DNA of 64,000 nucleotides from an uncultured Verrucomicrobiae bacterium (GCA_963772365.1 CAVYXA010000001.1:576001-640000); one strand, 5' to 3'. Positions 9,485 through 20,530 are shown, numbered from the stretch's first letter. Numbers and translations are program-made. Notes: generated by a model not told the origin, from the sequence alone.

Positions 9485-9850
9485 ATGCCACAGGCGCGTT
9501 CCCTTCGATTTCCCAAGAAGCGCCGGCTTGTTCGCACTTCGGAATTCGACCAAGTTAGGCGACATGGATCTTTCTGGCGGGGAAAATTCCTCCTGTTGAG
9601 CATTTGGAAGAGCGACAACGAAGGTCCATTTCGCGCCGGCTTCATCACCGCGCGTCAGCTCGGCAACGCCGTCACACGTAACCGCATCCGGCGTCGCCTG
9701 CGTGAAGTTGTGTGGCGGCATCAGCATGAAATGCGAGGCAAATTTTGGATGGTGATCATCGCCCGGACGGCCGCCAGAGACGCAAGCTATCAAGCGCTGG
9801 AGGATGAATGGTTGCGTCTAGCAAAGCGCGCTTCTATCCTGACGCCCTGA
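9485..9850 (+). CDS. rnpA: Ribonuclease P protein component
   Basis: FPKKRRL...[17 protein letters not shown] (RNR motif); followed by yidD-yidC. Confidence 0.92.
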   Translation: MPQARSLRFPKKRRLVRTSEFDQVRRHGSFWRGKFLLLSIWKSDNEGPFRAGFITARQLGNAVTRNRIRRRLREVVWRHQHEMRGKFWMVIIARTAARDASYQALEDEWLRLAKRASILTP

Positions 9851-10125
9851 TGATTTTTTTGTTGCGGCTGTTGATTCGCCTCTATCAATACACGCTCTCA
9901 CCGTTGCTCGCACTTTTTGGCGGTGGCTGCCGTTTCGAGCCGACCTGCTCGGCCTATTTTCTGGAAGCAATTGAGAAACACGGCTTTGCCCAGGGGAGTT
10001 GGCTCGGATTGAAACGCCTCGGCCGATGTCACCCGTGGGGCGGTTCAGGATACGACCCCGTGCCGAACCGGGAGAGATGCCAGATCGTGCATTCCGTATC
10101 CGGTATTGGGGCCAGGGCGAAATAG
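9850..10125 (+). CDS. yidD: Membrane protein insertion efficiency factor
   Basis: [34 protein letters not shown]. Confidence 0.93.
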   Translation: MIFLLRLLIRLYQYTLSPLLALFGGGCRFEPTCSAYFLEAIEKHGFAQGSWLGLKRLGRCHPWGGSGYDPVPNRERCQIVHSVSGIGARAK

Positions 10126-10141
10126 CCAAGCGTGAGAATCT

Positions 10142-11872
10142 ATGGATCGAACTGCATGGATCGCGATTGCGTTTTGCGTTCTTGGCCTTGTTTTGTGGGA
10201 AGTGTACGTCGCAAAACAGGTGCAGCCACACCACGCTGCTGCAGCTGGTGCTACTCCCGCTCCCGTATCTCCGTCTGTCGCACCCGGGGTTAGCAACTCG
10301 GCCACGCCGAGCGCCACCATTATTCCATCTCCGACTCCGCAACCGGCGGAAAGTGTTCCTGAGTTTGCCGAGAAGATAGAAACGCTCCGCAATTCCGACG
10401 TCGAGTTGCATCTCACAAATCGAGGCGGCGGAATCAAGGAAGTCGTTTTGCTCAACCACATGGCCGAAAAAGGCGAGCCGGTGATCTTGAACGCAGCCGA
10501 AAACATCCCGATTGGCACAATCGTTGAACAACCGGCGGCCCCCGTAGTTCACGAATACAGCGCAGCTTCGACGACCGATGGCTCCCTGGAATTCCAGCGC
10601 GTTACTCCGGAGCAGGTTACGATTCACAAAAAAATCGCGTTCGCCAAATCAAGCGAGGAAAAAGACAATTTCGTAATTAAAATGGACGTCGATCTTGCGA
10701 ATGGCGGCGCCAAGCCGTACGCAAAACCGAATTACTATGTGGCACTTGGGTCAGCCGCGCCGATTCACCCGAAAGATTACGCTTCATTTACGCGGGTGGT
10801 GTGGTGCGTTAACGGACGGGCCAAAGGCGTTGACGTTGGCTGGTTCGGCGCGGGGGGAGGACTTTTCGGAATAGGCGCCCATCCCGCGCGCCCGAATTAC
10901 GAGGACCAGATTCCCGGCGCAGAATGGGCGGCCGTCAGTAATCAATTCTTCACAACGTTGATCGCTCCCCTCAATGCCAAAGCGACCGGCATCTGGGGTC
11001 GCCGGTTTGAAATCAAGCGATGGCCGGATCATCCGGCATTCGGAATCGAAGGGGCAATGCAAATGCCGGGCTATCAAATCGCTCCTGGCGAAAGTTACCA
11101 TGCCCGATTCGAGATCTATACGGGACCGAAAATTTATCATCGTCTCGCGCAGCTTCCGCACAACGAAGCCGAGATCATGGATTTCGGCATGTTCAAGATC
11201 GTCTGCCAATTTCTTCTCAACTTCATGAACCTGCTGCACAGCTGGTTGCATGATTACGGGCTGGCCATTCTGGCTCTGACCACTGTGATCAAACTGACGC
11301 TCTGGCCGATTCAAAATAAAGCCAATCGCTCCATGCGCCAGATGGCGCTGCTTTCGCCGAAAATGCAGGAGCTCCGCGAGAGGTACAAAGATGACCCGAC
11401 CAAAATGAATCAGGAAGTGATGAAGCTGTACAAGCAATACGGCATCAATCCTGTCGGCGGTTGTCTGCCAATGATGATTCAGATCCCGATCTTTTTCGGT
11501 CTGTTTAAAATGCTCGGGCAGGCGGTTGAATTGCGGAACGCGAAGTTTCTCTGGATCAAAGATCTCTCCCAGCCGGACACCCTCGCTTATCTGCCGGTTT
11601 TGGGTTGGCGAATCAATCTCATCCCGATCCTGATGGCGGCATCACAAATCTGGCTGATGGCGATGACGCCCAAGACGGGTGACGCCACCCAACGGCGGGT
11701 AATGATGTTCACGCCGCTGATCTTCCTATTTATCTGCTACAATTTTGCTGCGGCTCTGGCATTGTATTACACGACCCAAAATCTTTTCAGTATCCTCCAA
11801 TTTTATCTGAACAAACGACAACCGATGCCGACGCTCGAAAAAGTTGCCCCTCCCACAAGACGGAAACGATGA
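10142..11872 (+). CDS. yidC: Membrane protein insertase
   Basis: YGLAILALT..IKL.LWP, PKMQELRERYKDD, NPVGGCLPMMIQIPIF, FLWIKDLSQPD. Confidence 0.95.
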   Translation: MDRTAWIAIAFCVLGLVLWEVYVAKQVQPHHAAAAGATPAPVSPSVAPGVSNSATPSATIIPSPTPQPAESVPEFAEKIETLRNSDVELHLTNRGGGIKEVVLLNHMAEKGEPVILNAAENIPIGTIVEQPAAPVVHEYSAASTTDGSLEFQRVTPEQVTIHKKIAFAKSSEEKDNFVIKMDVDLANGGAKPYAKPNYYVALGSAAPIHPKDYASFTRVVWCVNGRAKGVDVGWFGAGGGLFGIGAHPARPNYEDQIPGAEWAAVSNQFFTTLIAPLNAKATGIWGRRFEIKRWPDHPAFGIEGAMQMPGYQIAPGESYHARFEIYTGPKIYHRLAQLPHNEAEIMDFGMFKIVCQFLLNFMNLLHSWLHDYGLAILALTTVIKLTLWPIQNKANRSMRQMALLSPKMQELRERYKDDPTKMNQEVMKLYKQYGINPVGGCLPMMIQIPIFFGLFKMLGQAVELRNAKFLWIKDLSQPDTLAYLPVLGWRINLIPILMAASQIWLMAMTPKTGDATQRRVMMFTPLIFLFICYNFAAALALYYTTQNLFSILQFYLNKRQPMPTLEKVAPPTRRKR

Positions 11873-12348
11873 TGACGCCGAAAGAGCTGCTCGATACGAT
11901 CCTCGGTTATCTCGGTTTTGTCGTCCAGATCGAGGAATCGAAAAACGAGGCCGGCAACCAGGTTTTGCAAATTTATACCGAAGAAAGCAGGCGCTTGATC
12001 GGGCGCAATGGCGAAACGCTGGAGGCGATCCAGTTTTTGCTCAACCGGCTTTTGCAAACCCGGGACAGGGACGCAGCCAAGGTGGTGGTCGATTGCGAGC
12101 ATTATCGCTCGATGCGAGAAGACCGAATCGTCGAGCGCGTCCGGACTCTAGCGGAACGGGTCCGGATCACCGGCCGATCCCTTCAATTAGAGCCGATGAA
12201 TTCCTACGAGCGGCGCATCGTTCACAATGCATTTAAAGACGATCCAGACGTGGCAACATGGAGCCCGTCGGATTCTGCGCGGATCAAACAAATTACATTG
12301 GTCAAGCGCCAGCCCAAAAAAGACGCTGCGGCGCAGGCTGCGCCCTAG
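11869..12348 (+). CDS. jag: Jag/KhpB-like RNA-binding protein (KH + R3H, no N-terminal Jag domain)
   Basis: LIGRNGETLEAIQ (KH GxxG), LEPMNSYERRIVH (R3H); downstream of yidC. Confidence 0.85.
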   Translation: MMTPKELLDTILGYLGFVVQIEESKNEAGNQVLQIYTEESRRLIGRNGETLEAIQFLLNRLLQTRDRDAAKVVVDCEHYRSMREDRIVERVRTLAERVRITGRSLQLEPMNSYERRIVHNAFKDDPDVATWSPSDSARIKQITLVKRQPKKDAAAQAAP

Positions 12349-12484
12349 GTGGATCGGATTCTCCGAAGACGATGGTAAATTAACCGCCGAAGGCGCAAAC
12401 CACATCCTACAGATCCACTACCTCGAAAGCTGGGCGGCTGCGCCGCATTGATACCAACGCGTTGAGGACAACGCGTTCCACCTA
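12346..12484. repeat. GTGG-type REP-like doublet filling the gap between convergent genes
   Basis: Inverted termini TAGGTGGA at both ends; hairpin AACGCGTTGAGGACAACGCGTT; related copy GTGGAACGCGTTATCATTAACGCG at 45053. Confidence 0.65.
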
Positions 12485-13648
12485 TTGTTGGCAACGCGCG
12501 GCCTCTTTTTGTTCTCCCGCGCGCACCTCGGGTCGCCAGCGAAATCTTTCCAGTACCGGATTTGGTTTGCCTTCCACCGAATCGGCAATGATCTCGCCCA
12601 GGATTGGTGCGAACTTGAAACCGTGACCGCTGTCGCCTGCCGCGATTATCAAACCGCTTCGGCCCGGATCGTGATCGATCCAGAAATTGCCGTCGTGCGT
12701 ATCGCAATAGAAACATCGCCGGGTGAATACAATCGGAGCATCGTAAAGCGCAGGGAATGTCGATCGTAGGAAGTCGCGCAAATTTTCTTCCTCTTGAGCT
12801 GTCACGCCGCGTTCTGCCGATTCGGGAGACATTTCTTTCCCGGCGCCATGATTGGCGATTTTCACAACACCGTCGCGACTCAGCGGAAAACCGTAATAGC
12901 CGGTGCCTGAAATGTCCGCGCCGAAAACGGGGAAAACCTCCGGCCTGAAAAGATCCGGTTGATGTGGCTTTAGATGAAAGACCGGTTGGCCGCTGGACCG
13001 GAAAAACTTTCGTGTAAACGGCAATATATAAGGCGTCCACGCTCCAACTGTCAGGACGATCATGTCCGCAGCGATCCGTTGTCGATCCTCCAGAACGATG
13101 CCTGTCACGCTATCGTCCTGGCTCAACCTCGCCAACCGACTGTTCTCACGCAATTCAACGCCGAGCGCGACAGCGCGTTCGAGAAGAATGCGAACTACCC
13201 GCCCGCTTTCGGCATAGCCGGCTTTCACTTCCAAAATCCCATCGACGTATCGATCCGCATTCCAAGCCGGAAATCGCTGACGCAGTTTAGTCGAATCGAT
13301 TCGCTCAAATTCTGCTCCGCGTCGTTGGAGAATTTTGAAACTTTCGTACTCAAAGTCGCCGGGCTGCATTCTTTCCCGTCTGAGAAACATGGCGCCGACT
13401 TCGTGATACAGCTCACTACCAAACTCGAGGTTCCATTCTCGCCAACGCCGGATCGAGCGTTCAGCCATTTCTGTATAGAATTCATCCAAGCCATAAGCCG
13501 CTCGCACTGCTTTACTGATATCGGTGGATGCAGCCAAGGGATGCGGCAACGGCCCAGGATCGACAAGGACAACGGCATGGCCGCGACTCCTTAGTTCGAT
13601 CGCAGCCGTGACTCCATTAATTCCCGCGCCAACGATGACGATTTTCAT
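12482..13648 (-). CDS. FAD-dependent amine oxidase (sarcosine / fructosyl-amino-acid oxidase family)
   Basis: IVIVGAGING Rossmann motif, AASTDISK, CFYCDT.DG.F.ID, GDSGHGFKFAP; start ATG 13648 (the longer ORF runs through a REP). Confidence 0.85.
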   Translation of the reverse strand: MKIVIVGAGINGVTAAIELRSRGHAVVLVDPGPLPHPLAASTDISKAVRAAYGLDEFYTEMAERSIRRWREWNLEFGSELYHEVGAMFLRRERMQPGDFEYESFKILQRRGAEFERIDSTKLRQRFPAWNADRYVDGILEVKAGYAESGRVVRILLERAVALGVELRENSRLARLSQDDSVTGIVLEDRQRIAADMIVLTVGAWTPYILPFTRKFFRSSGQPVFHLKPHQPDLFRPEVFPVFGADISGTGYYGFPLSRDGVVKIANHGAGKEMSPESAERGVTAQEEENLRDFLRSTFPALYDAPIVFTRRCFYCDTHDGNFWIDHDPGRSGLIIAAGDSGHGFKFAPILGEIIADSVEGKPNPVLERFRWRPEVRAGEQKEAARCQQ

Positions 13649-13651
13649 GGC

Positions 13652-13715
13652 TGTAGCGGCACCCTTGTGAGCGCCGAAACTTAATTGAGCTCGACGGTCA
13701 TAGACCGCCGCTACA
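13652..13715. repeat. GTAG-type REP doublet
   Basis: TGTAGCGGC...CGACGGTCATAGACCGCCGCTACA; right arm 23/24 identical to the arm at 49271-49294. Confidence 0.8.
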
Positions 13716-13722
13716 ATTACTG

Positions 13723-14718
13723 TCACGTATCGAATTCAAAGATGATCTTGCCGCTGCGCTTTCCCTGAGCGGCGCGCATCACGGCAGCATTGGCTTCAGA
13801 AAGCGGATAACTCTTTTCGACCTTGGTTTTCAGCAACCCTCGGTTGGCCATTTTAAACAGCGGTCGAAACGCATCCATGCGCTGATCGTGCGTTGCGTCG
13901 TCGTACCATTTGTTGATCCAAATCCCGCGAAATCTCAGGTCCTTGAAAATCAACAAGCCGGTCGGGATTTTCAGCGGCTGCAAACTCATCGCGCCGAAAC
14001 TCACGAGCGTGCCGCCGAAAGCGAGACAGTTGGCCAAATGCAGGGCGCTATCGCCACCGACGGAATTTAGTCCGAGCCGAATCGCCGCTCCCTGTGTCGC
14101 ATTCCTTACTTCATCACGAAGCTTTTCACTATCGACCAAAACCACGTCGCCGCCTTTTTCGCGAAGTTCTTCAATCAGCTCCGAGCGCCGAACGATATTC
14201 ACAGTTTTGTAACCAAGTTCCCGCGCGATCTGAATCACCGCGCGGCCCACAGCCGAATTTGCGGCATTCTGGATCAGCCACTCCCCCGGCGTAAGATCGA
14301 CATAATCGTGCAAGAGTCGCCATGCAGTCATCGGGTTGATCTTGAGCATCGCTGCCTGCACTGGCTCTATGCCCAATGGGACAACGACTAACTCGCCAGC
14401 CTTCACAGCAACCGCGTCCCGCCACGTGCCGATGTTGTGCGGTAAGATTACAAGGTCGCCGATCGCGACGTTCTTTGTGTCTTTGCCAAGATCGACAACC
14501 ACTCCCGCACCTTCGAATCCAGGCACCGCGGGAACTTCACGGCGAGCGGGATATTTGCCTTCAATGGCATTAATATCGGCGGGATTAATGGGCGCAGCCT
14601 TCATTTCCACGACAACTTCATCTGGTTTAGCTGTCGGCCACGGCTGCTGCTGAACCTGCAAAACATCCGCCGGATTTCCGTGCGTTTCGTAGACGGCGAC
14701 GTTAATGGTTTTGTTCAT
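13723..14718 (-). CDS. 2-enoyl thioester reductase (MDR superfamily, ETR1/MECR-like)
   Basis: AAPINPADIN.IEGKY, VPGFEGAG, INPMTAWRLL, IQNAANSAVG, LNSVGG, LIFKDL.FRG.W. Confidence 0.88.
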   Translation of the reverse strand: MNKTINVAVYETHGNPADVLQVQQQPWPTAKPDEVVVEMKAAPINPADINAIEGKYPARREVPAVPGFEGAGVVVDLGKDTKNVAIGDLVILPHNIGTWRDAVAVKAGELVVVPLGIEPVQAAMLKINPMTAWRLLHDYVDLTPGEWLIQNAANSAVGRAVIQIARELGYKTVNIVRRSELIEELREKGGDVVLVDSEKLRDEVRNATQGAAIRLGLNSVGGDSALHLANCLAFGGTLVSFGAMSLQPLKIPTGLLIFKDLRFRGIWINKWYDDATHDQRMDAFRPLFKMANRGLLKTKVEKSYPLSEANAAVMRAAQGKRSGKIIFEFDT

Positions 14719-15619
14719 GATGTCTCCGGCAGCCAATCCTCAGGCTTCCAATGAGAATCTGCAAACCGGCGCGCGCGTGGCGCTGCTGGGTCTCACGATC
14801 AATGTCGTTTTGGCGGCAGCAAAAATCACCGCCGGAATTTTGGGTAACGCTTACGTCTTGATTGCTGATGGAATTGAATCCGCGCTGGACGTGGGCGGTT
14901 CGATTGTGATTTGGGGCGGATTGAAATTTGCCGCTCGCCCGCCAGACGCAACGCATCCATACGGTCACGGCAAAGCCGAACCAATCGCGGCGGCTGTTGT
15001 TTCGGCCGGTGTCCTCGCGGCCGCGCTTGGTCTGGCCATTGAAAGCATCCGCGAGATTTTTCAGCCCCGTCATGGTCCAGCGCCATTTACTCTGGTCGTG
15101 CTCATCGTTGTCATAGCGATCAAAGAAATCATCTACCGGCTGGTGAACCGTTTCGGTCGGAGCATTGAAAGCACTGCCATGCAGACGGATGCCTGGCATC
15201 ATCGAATTGATGCGCTCACTTCTGCGGCGGCTTTCATCGGGATTTCGATCGCGCTAATTGGCGGCGAGAAATGGCAAAGCGCTGATAATTGGGCGGCGCT
15301 TTTCGCCTGCGGATTAATTGCGATGAACGGCTCTCAACTTTTATGGCCGGCCTTGCGCGAGATCATGGACACCGCCCCGCGTGGGCCAATCGTTCACTCC
15401 GTGCAGACTGCTGCTCAATCTGTCCCGGGCGTTCTTGAAGTGGAGAAATGTTTTATTCGAAAGATGGGACTCAACTTCTATGTCGATCTTCATGTAGGCG
15501 TAGATGGAGAGATATCGGTCCGGGAAGGTCATCGCATTGCGCACGAAGTGAAACGCGCGATCCAGGGAACAGATAGCCGCATTGTCGATGTTCTGGTGCA
15601 CATCGAACCAGTCGCGTAA
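14717..15619 (+). CDS. Cation diffusion facilitator (FieF-like) transporter
   Basis: LIADGIES..D, PPDATHPYGHGKAE, DAWHHRID, C-terminal DVLVHIEP. Confidence 0.9.
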   Translation: MMSPAANPQASNENLQTGARVALLGLTINVVLAAAKITAGILGNAYVLIADGIESALDVGGSIVIWGGLKFAARPPDATHPYGHGKAEPIAAAVVSAGVLAAALGLAIESIREIFQPRHGPAPFTLVVLIVVIAIKEIIYRLVNRFGRSIESTAMQTDAWHHRIDALTSAAAFIGISIALIGGEKWQSADNWAALFACGLIAMNGSQLLWPALREIMDTAPRGPIVHSVQTAAQSVPGVLEVEKCFIRKMGLNFYVDLHVGVDGEISVREGHRIAHEVKRAIQGTDSRIVDVLVHIEPVA

Positions 15620-15642
15620 AAAAGAAACGCGAGTTCCTGCTG

Positions 15643-15693
15643 TTGTAGGGCAGGCGCTCCGCCTGCCGGGCAAGCGAGGCGCTTGCCCTACAA
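15643..15693. repeat. GTAG-type REP doublet between convergent CDF and uppS
   Basis: TTGTAGGGCAGGCGCTCCGCCTGCC-G-GGCAAGCGAGGCGCTTGCCCTACAA; same family as 22827-23046 and 43773-43845. Confidence 0.85.
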
Positions 15694-15709
15694 ACATTTT
15701 GATCCCGAT

Positions 15710-16423
15710 CTATTCTACGCTTCCATAGCGCCGTTGGCGGCGCCCATATTCCTCGACCGCAGCGAACAAATCCTTCCTGGTAAAATCGGGCCAGAGTTTC
15801 GGCGTCACATACATTTCCGTATAGGAAAGTTGCCAGAGAAGAAAATTCGACAACCGCATTTCGCCCGAGGTGCGGATAAGTAAATCGGGATCGGGATAGT
15901 ATCGAGTGTAGAGATGTTTACTGAACATCTCGACGTCGATCATGCCTTTGTCGATGTGACCGAGCTCGATCGCGCGAAGCAGGCTCTTGATTCCATCAAT
16001 GATCTCGAGCCGGCCACCGTAGCTGAGTGCAAGAATCAGGGTAAGTCCGTTATTGTCGGCGGTTTTTTCGATTGTCTTGTGCAACTGCTCCTGGCAGGTC
16101 TGTGGCAAATCGGTCAGACGTCCGATTGCCTGAAGGCGCACATTTTTCTCGATCAACTCCGGCGTTTTTTCCTTCAAGAACTTCTCAAGCAGCCGCATCA
16201 ATGCGAAGACCTCGCTTTTCGGCCGTCTCCAGTTTTCGGCAGAAAACGCGTATAGCGTCAGATATTCGATTTTCAATTCACCACAGCCTTCTACGCACTC
16301 ACGCACAGCTTGGGCTCCCTGCTCGTGGCCCTTAATTCGGGGTAGTCCACGAGACTTTGCCCAACGGCCGTTCCCATCCATGATAATGGCCACGTGGCGG
16401 GGAACCGATTTGATCGACGGCAT
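15710..16423 (-). CDS. uppS: Undecaprenyl diphosphate synthase (cis-prenyltransferase)
   Basis: HVAIIMDGNGRWA, YAFSAENWRRP, DLLIRTSGEMRLSNFLLWQ. Confidence 0.95.
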   Translation of the reverse strand: MPSIKSVPRHVAIIMDGNGRWAKSRGLPRIKGHEQGAQAVRECVEGCGELKIEYLTLYAFSAENWRRPKSEVFALMRLLEKFLKEKTPELIEKNVRLQAIGRLTDLPQTCQEQLHKTIEKTADNNGLTLILALSYGGRLEIIDGIKSLLRAIELGHIDKGMIDVEMFSKHLYTRYYPDPDLLIRTSGEMRLSNFLLWQLSYTEMYVTPKLWPDFTRKDLFAAVEEYGRRQRRYGSVE

Positions 16424-16425
16424 CT

Positions 16426-17700
<1,275 letters not shown>

Positions 17701-17910
17701 TCAACTGTTCGGCAAAAAATTTCCCGATGCATCGAGCGAGCCATCGGAGGAATTCTTCCTTCGGCTGACAAGAGGCAATCGGGACTTGCCGACGAAGAAT
17801 AAGGAGGAGAAACGCCGACCGCAAGACTTTTTGAAAGACGCACTTGAGGCAGCAAAAATCTCACGCAAAAAAAAACATCCAGCCCCCCAATCAATTACGT
17901 AGGTGAGTTG

Positions 17911-18063
17911 ATGCGACTAATTCTATTCATAATCCTGATTCTGTTAGTACTTGGATTGCTTCCAGCTTGGCCTTACAGCGGAGGCTGGGGCTGGTATCCG
18001 AGTGGCGGGATCGGGCTAATCTTGTTGATTGTGATCATTCTGGCCCTGCTCGGCAGAATCTAA
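17911..18063 (+). CDS. DUF3309-family small membrane protein (50 aa; absent from the ORF track)
   Basis: Manual translation MRLILFIILILLVLGLLPAWPYSGGWGWYPSGGIGLILLIVIILALLGRI. Confidence 0.85.
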   Translation: MRLILFIILILLVLGLLPAWPYSGGWGWYPSGGIGLILLIVIILALLGRI

Positions 18064-18099
18064 CAATCACCGTTCGCGGACGTGGAATTCGCTCCCGTT

Positions 18100-19158
18100 C
18101 TAGCGGGACGTTGCGTTTTGCGAAGCGAGCGCCCTTTTCAGGGCAACCGCCGATTCTCCACCGCCGCCGCGATAACCCGAGAAGTAGCGCTTCTTTTCCC
18201 AACGAATCGACTTGTCTCGGGTGAACGTGTTTAACGCGATGCGATAGCTCCCGCCGCCACCGCGTAAAGTTCGATGAGCCTGGATAAATTGAGTCGGGTC
18301 GTAGTAGTTGTTGTAGTCGCGTGCGAACGCGGCCCGGCTCATGCCGATCTCGATGTTCTTGCGAATCTCGAAATGCAGATGCGCATCGTAGAGACCATGC
18401 GCATTCCCCATCGTGGCAATCTGCTGTCCACGCTCTACCCGCTGGCCATGACGCACCAGGATTCGCTGAAGGTGCCCGTAAAACGAATCGATATTTTTGA
18501 TCGTGCCGTTCTCCCGAAAGGCATGACGCACAATGATTACATTCCCCCACCCTAGTTTGCAGTCCCGCGCAAATACGACGACGCCATTGCCGATGCAATA
18601 AATTGGGTCTCCCAGATCGGTGTCCCCGCCGCCGAGACCATCCCAGTCTTCGCCCAAATGACCGTGCTCCCGAAAACCGCGCGCCTTATAATATCCTTTC
18701 GTGTCTGGTTTCCCGATCGGGAAGTCAAACCCGTCGGCTAATTTTGTGAATGCGGTTGCGCCCTGATAATTGAGCGATTCGAGCGAAGTCTTCACTACTT
18801 GGTTATTGCTGCGCGATGTTGAAGAGGTTGCGACAATCTCCGGCTTGGCAGAAGCCGATTCAGCGGCTGAACTCGTGCGAGATTGCGCAGGTCGTGGCCG
18901 GTCGGTTGCGGATTGAGAAGTCGCCTTAATTGGGGGCTGGCTCTGCGCAACAGTGTGCGGCACGGGCGACGACGCGGCTGGAAGTTCCACAGTCACCACT
19001 TTTGAGACCTGAGGTTCGCGCCTAATCTCCTTTGCAACCGGTTGTTCAGCTGGAGAGATCTTTGGCTTTAGCTCGCGAACGATGACTACTTCCTGGGCTG
19101 AGATTCTTCCCGCGATCACGAAAGCACAGGCTGGTATTACAAAGAGCCGCCAGGACAT
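18100..19158 (-). CDS. M23 family metallopeptidase with signal peptide and low-complexity linker
   Basis: HLGEDW (HxxxD), GWGNVIIVRH, YGHL, AHLHFEIR (HxH). Confidence 0.88.
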   Translation of the reverse strand: MSWRLFVIPACAFVIAGRISAQEVVIVRELKPKISPAEQPVAKEIRREPQVSKVVTVELPAASSPVPHTVAQSQPPIKATSQSATDRPRPAQSRTSSAAESASAKPEIVATSSTSRSNNQVVKTSLESLNYQGATAFTKLADGFDFPIGKPDTKGYYKARGFREHGHLGEDWDGLGGGDTDLGDPIYCIGNGVVVFARDCKLGWGNVIIVRHAFRENGTIKNIDSFYGHLQRILVRHGQRVERGQQIATMGNAHGLYDAHLHFEIRKNIEIGMSRAAFARDYNNYYDPTQFIQAHRTLRGGGGSYRIALNTFTRDKSIRWEKKRYFSGYRGGGGESAVALKRALASQNATSR

Positions 19159-19251
19159 GGAGCGCCCGTTTTAAGAAATCTGCGCCTGTCTGGCAAGAGG
19201 TTATTTGCGAAAAGACGTCGAAGAATCTGGTGCTATTTATTCGGGACGCGC

Positions 19252-19328
19252 GCTGTAGCGTCCGCTGTCCCCAGCGGATATGATCGTCACCTTAATATGG
19301 GATGCGCTGAGACGGCGCACACTACAGC
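19252..19328. repeat. GTAG-type REP doublet
   Basis: GCTGTAG...CTACAGC inverted termini; internal hairpin TCCGCTG/CAGCGGA. Confidence 0.6.
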
Positions 19329-19379
19329 ACGCGTTCGTTTTCACGGGCTAAACCCAGCTTCGCTCTGCTCAACCGTATC

Positions 19380-20243
19380 CTACATGAGTTCCCGCCAGAG
19401 CAGCGTAAGTAGTAACGCTCCGAGGATGATTCGGTATAAAGCAAAGGCAGCAAATCCTCGTTGGCGCACCCAATGCATGAACCAGGCAACGACACCGAGG
19501 GCGACAAAGAATGAGACAACAAATCCGATCACTAACACGATCCATTGGTGACCGTTGATCGACAAGGGCGCGAGATTTTCCGATGCATGGTGACTTGGCA
19601 GGACGGCTTTCAGAAAGTCGTATCCAGTGGCCGCGGCCATTGTGGGCATGGAAAGGAAAAATGAAAACTCGAGTGCAGCCGGGCGCGACATTCCAGCAAT
19701 TTGTCCGGCAGCAATAGTGGACATCGAACGCGAAGTGCCCGGGAAAACGGCGGATAGAATTTGCGCCGCACCGATCCAGACCGCCTGGGGAAAGCTCATC
19801 TCTTCCATGTGCAGTGTTCGGGGCCGAGTAAAAATTGCATCGACAATCCACATCACCACGGCGCCAATCAGAAGCGCAAACGCCATTACCCACAGGTTCT
19901 CGAGATTTTTACCGATTACTTTTGCCAAAAGCCACGCCGGAACTGCGGTGACCACAAAGGCAATCAAGGTCAGCGTGAGCGGATGCGTGAAGAAGTTTCG
20001 ATCTCCGCGTTCGCCGCGCGGAAACGTGCTGATGAATTTGAGGATACGGTTCCAGAAATAAACCGGCAACGCCAGGATCGCGCCGAGCTGAATCACGATC
20101 GTATACATCTTCCAGAAACCGTCGTGAAGGTCGATATGGATCAGCGCCTCGCAGATGCGCAGATGCGCTGTCGAGCTCACCGGAAGAAATTCCGTTAGAC
20201 CCTCGATGATCCCGAGGAAAATAGAGAGAAGATAATCGTTCAT
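19380..20243 (-). CDS. uppP: Undecaprenyl-diphosphate phosphatase (BacA)
   Basis: LGIIEGLTEFLPVSSTAHL, IQLGAIL, PGTSRS..TI, EFSFFLS.P. Confidence 0.93.
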   Translation of the reverse strand: MNDYLLSIFLGIIEGLTEFLPVSSTAHLRICEALIHIDLHDGFWKMYTIVIQLGAILALPVYFWNRILKFISTFPRGERGDRNFFTHPLTLTLIAFVVTAVPAWLLAKVIGKNLENLWVMAFALLIGAVVMWIVDAIFTRPRTLHMEEMSFPQAVWIGAAQILSAVFPGTSRSMSTIAAGQIAGMSRPAALEFSFFLSMPTMAAATGYDFLKAVLPSHHASENLAPLSINGHQWIVLVIGFVVSFFVALGVVAWFMHWVRQRGFAAFALYRIILGALLLTLLWRELM

Positions 20244-20250
20244 TGGTAAG

Positions 20251-20530
20251 GAAGAAAACGCCGAACACTCAACGTCGAACACCGAATTCTGAATCGGAAC
20301 AACTTTGTGTTCGGCACCGCAAAAGTTGGCCGGCGATGTGATTTGCCGCTCTCGAACTTGGTAGAGAATCCACGGGTTCAACGATGGTCGCAGCGAATTC
20401 CAGCAGTCTATCCTCCAAATCGTACTCTCCACGACCGCCATACACTCTGTCGGTTTCGTCGGCCACCTTAAGACCGTTGCTTCGCCATTCCATATTCCGC
20501 ATTCGGCGTTGGCCGTTCGGCGTTTTCCTC
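20251..20530 (-). pseudogene. Truncated four-helix-bundle (23S-IVS-protein-like) gene between inverted heptamer-repeat arms
   Basis: YDLEDRLLEFA..IV...DSLP.SRAANHIAGQLLRC.T, then the frame runs into the repeat arm; both arms begin GAAAACGCCGAAC and point inward. Confidence 0.7.

Noticed and set aside
13649..13726. N-terminal extension MTVIVAAVYDRR... of the FAD oxidase ORF
   Set aside because: It is the translation of an intergenic REP; the Rossmann motif begins right after ATG 13648.
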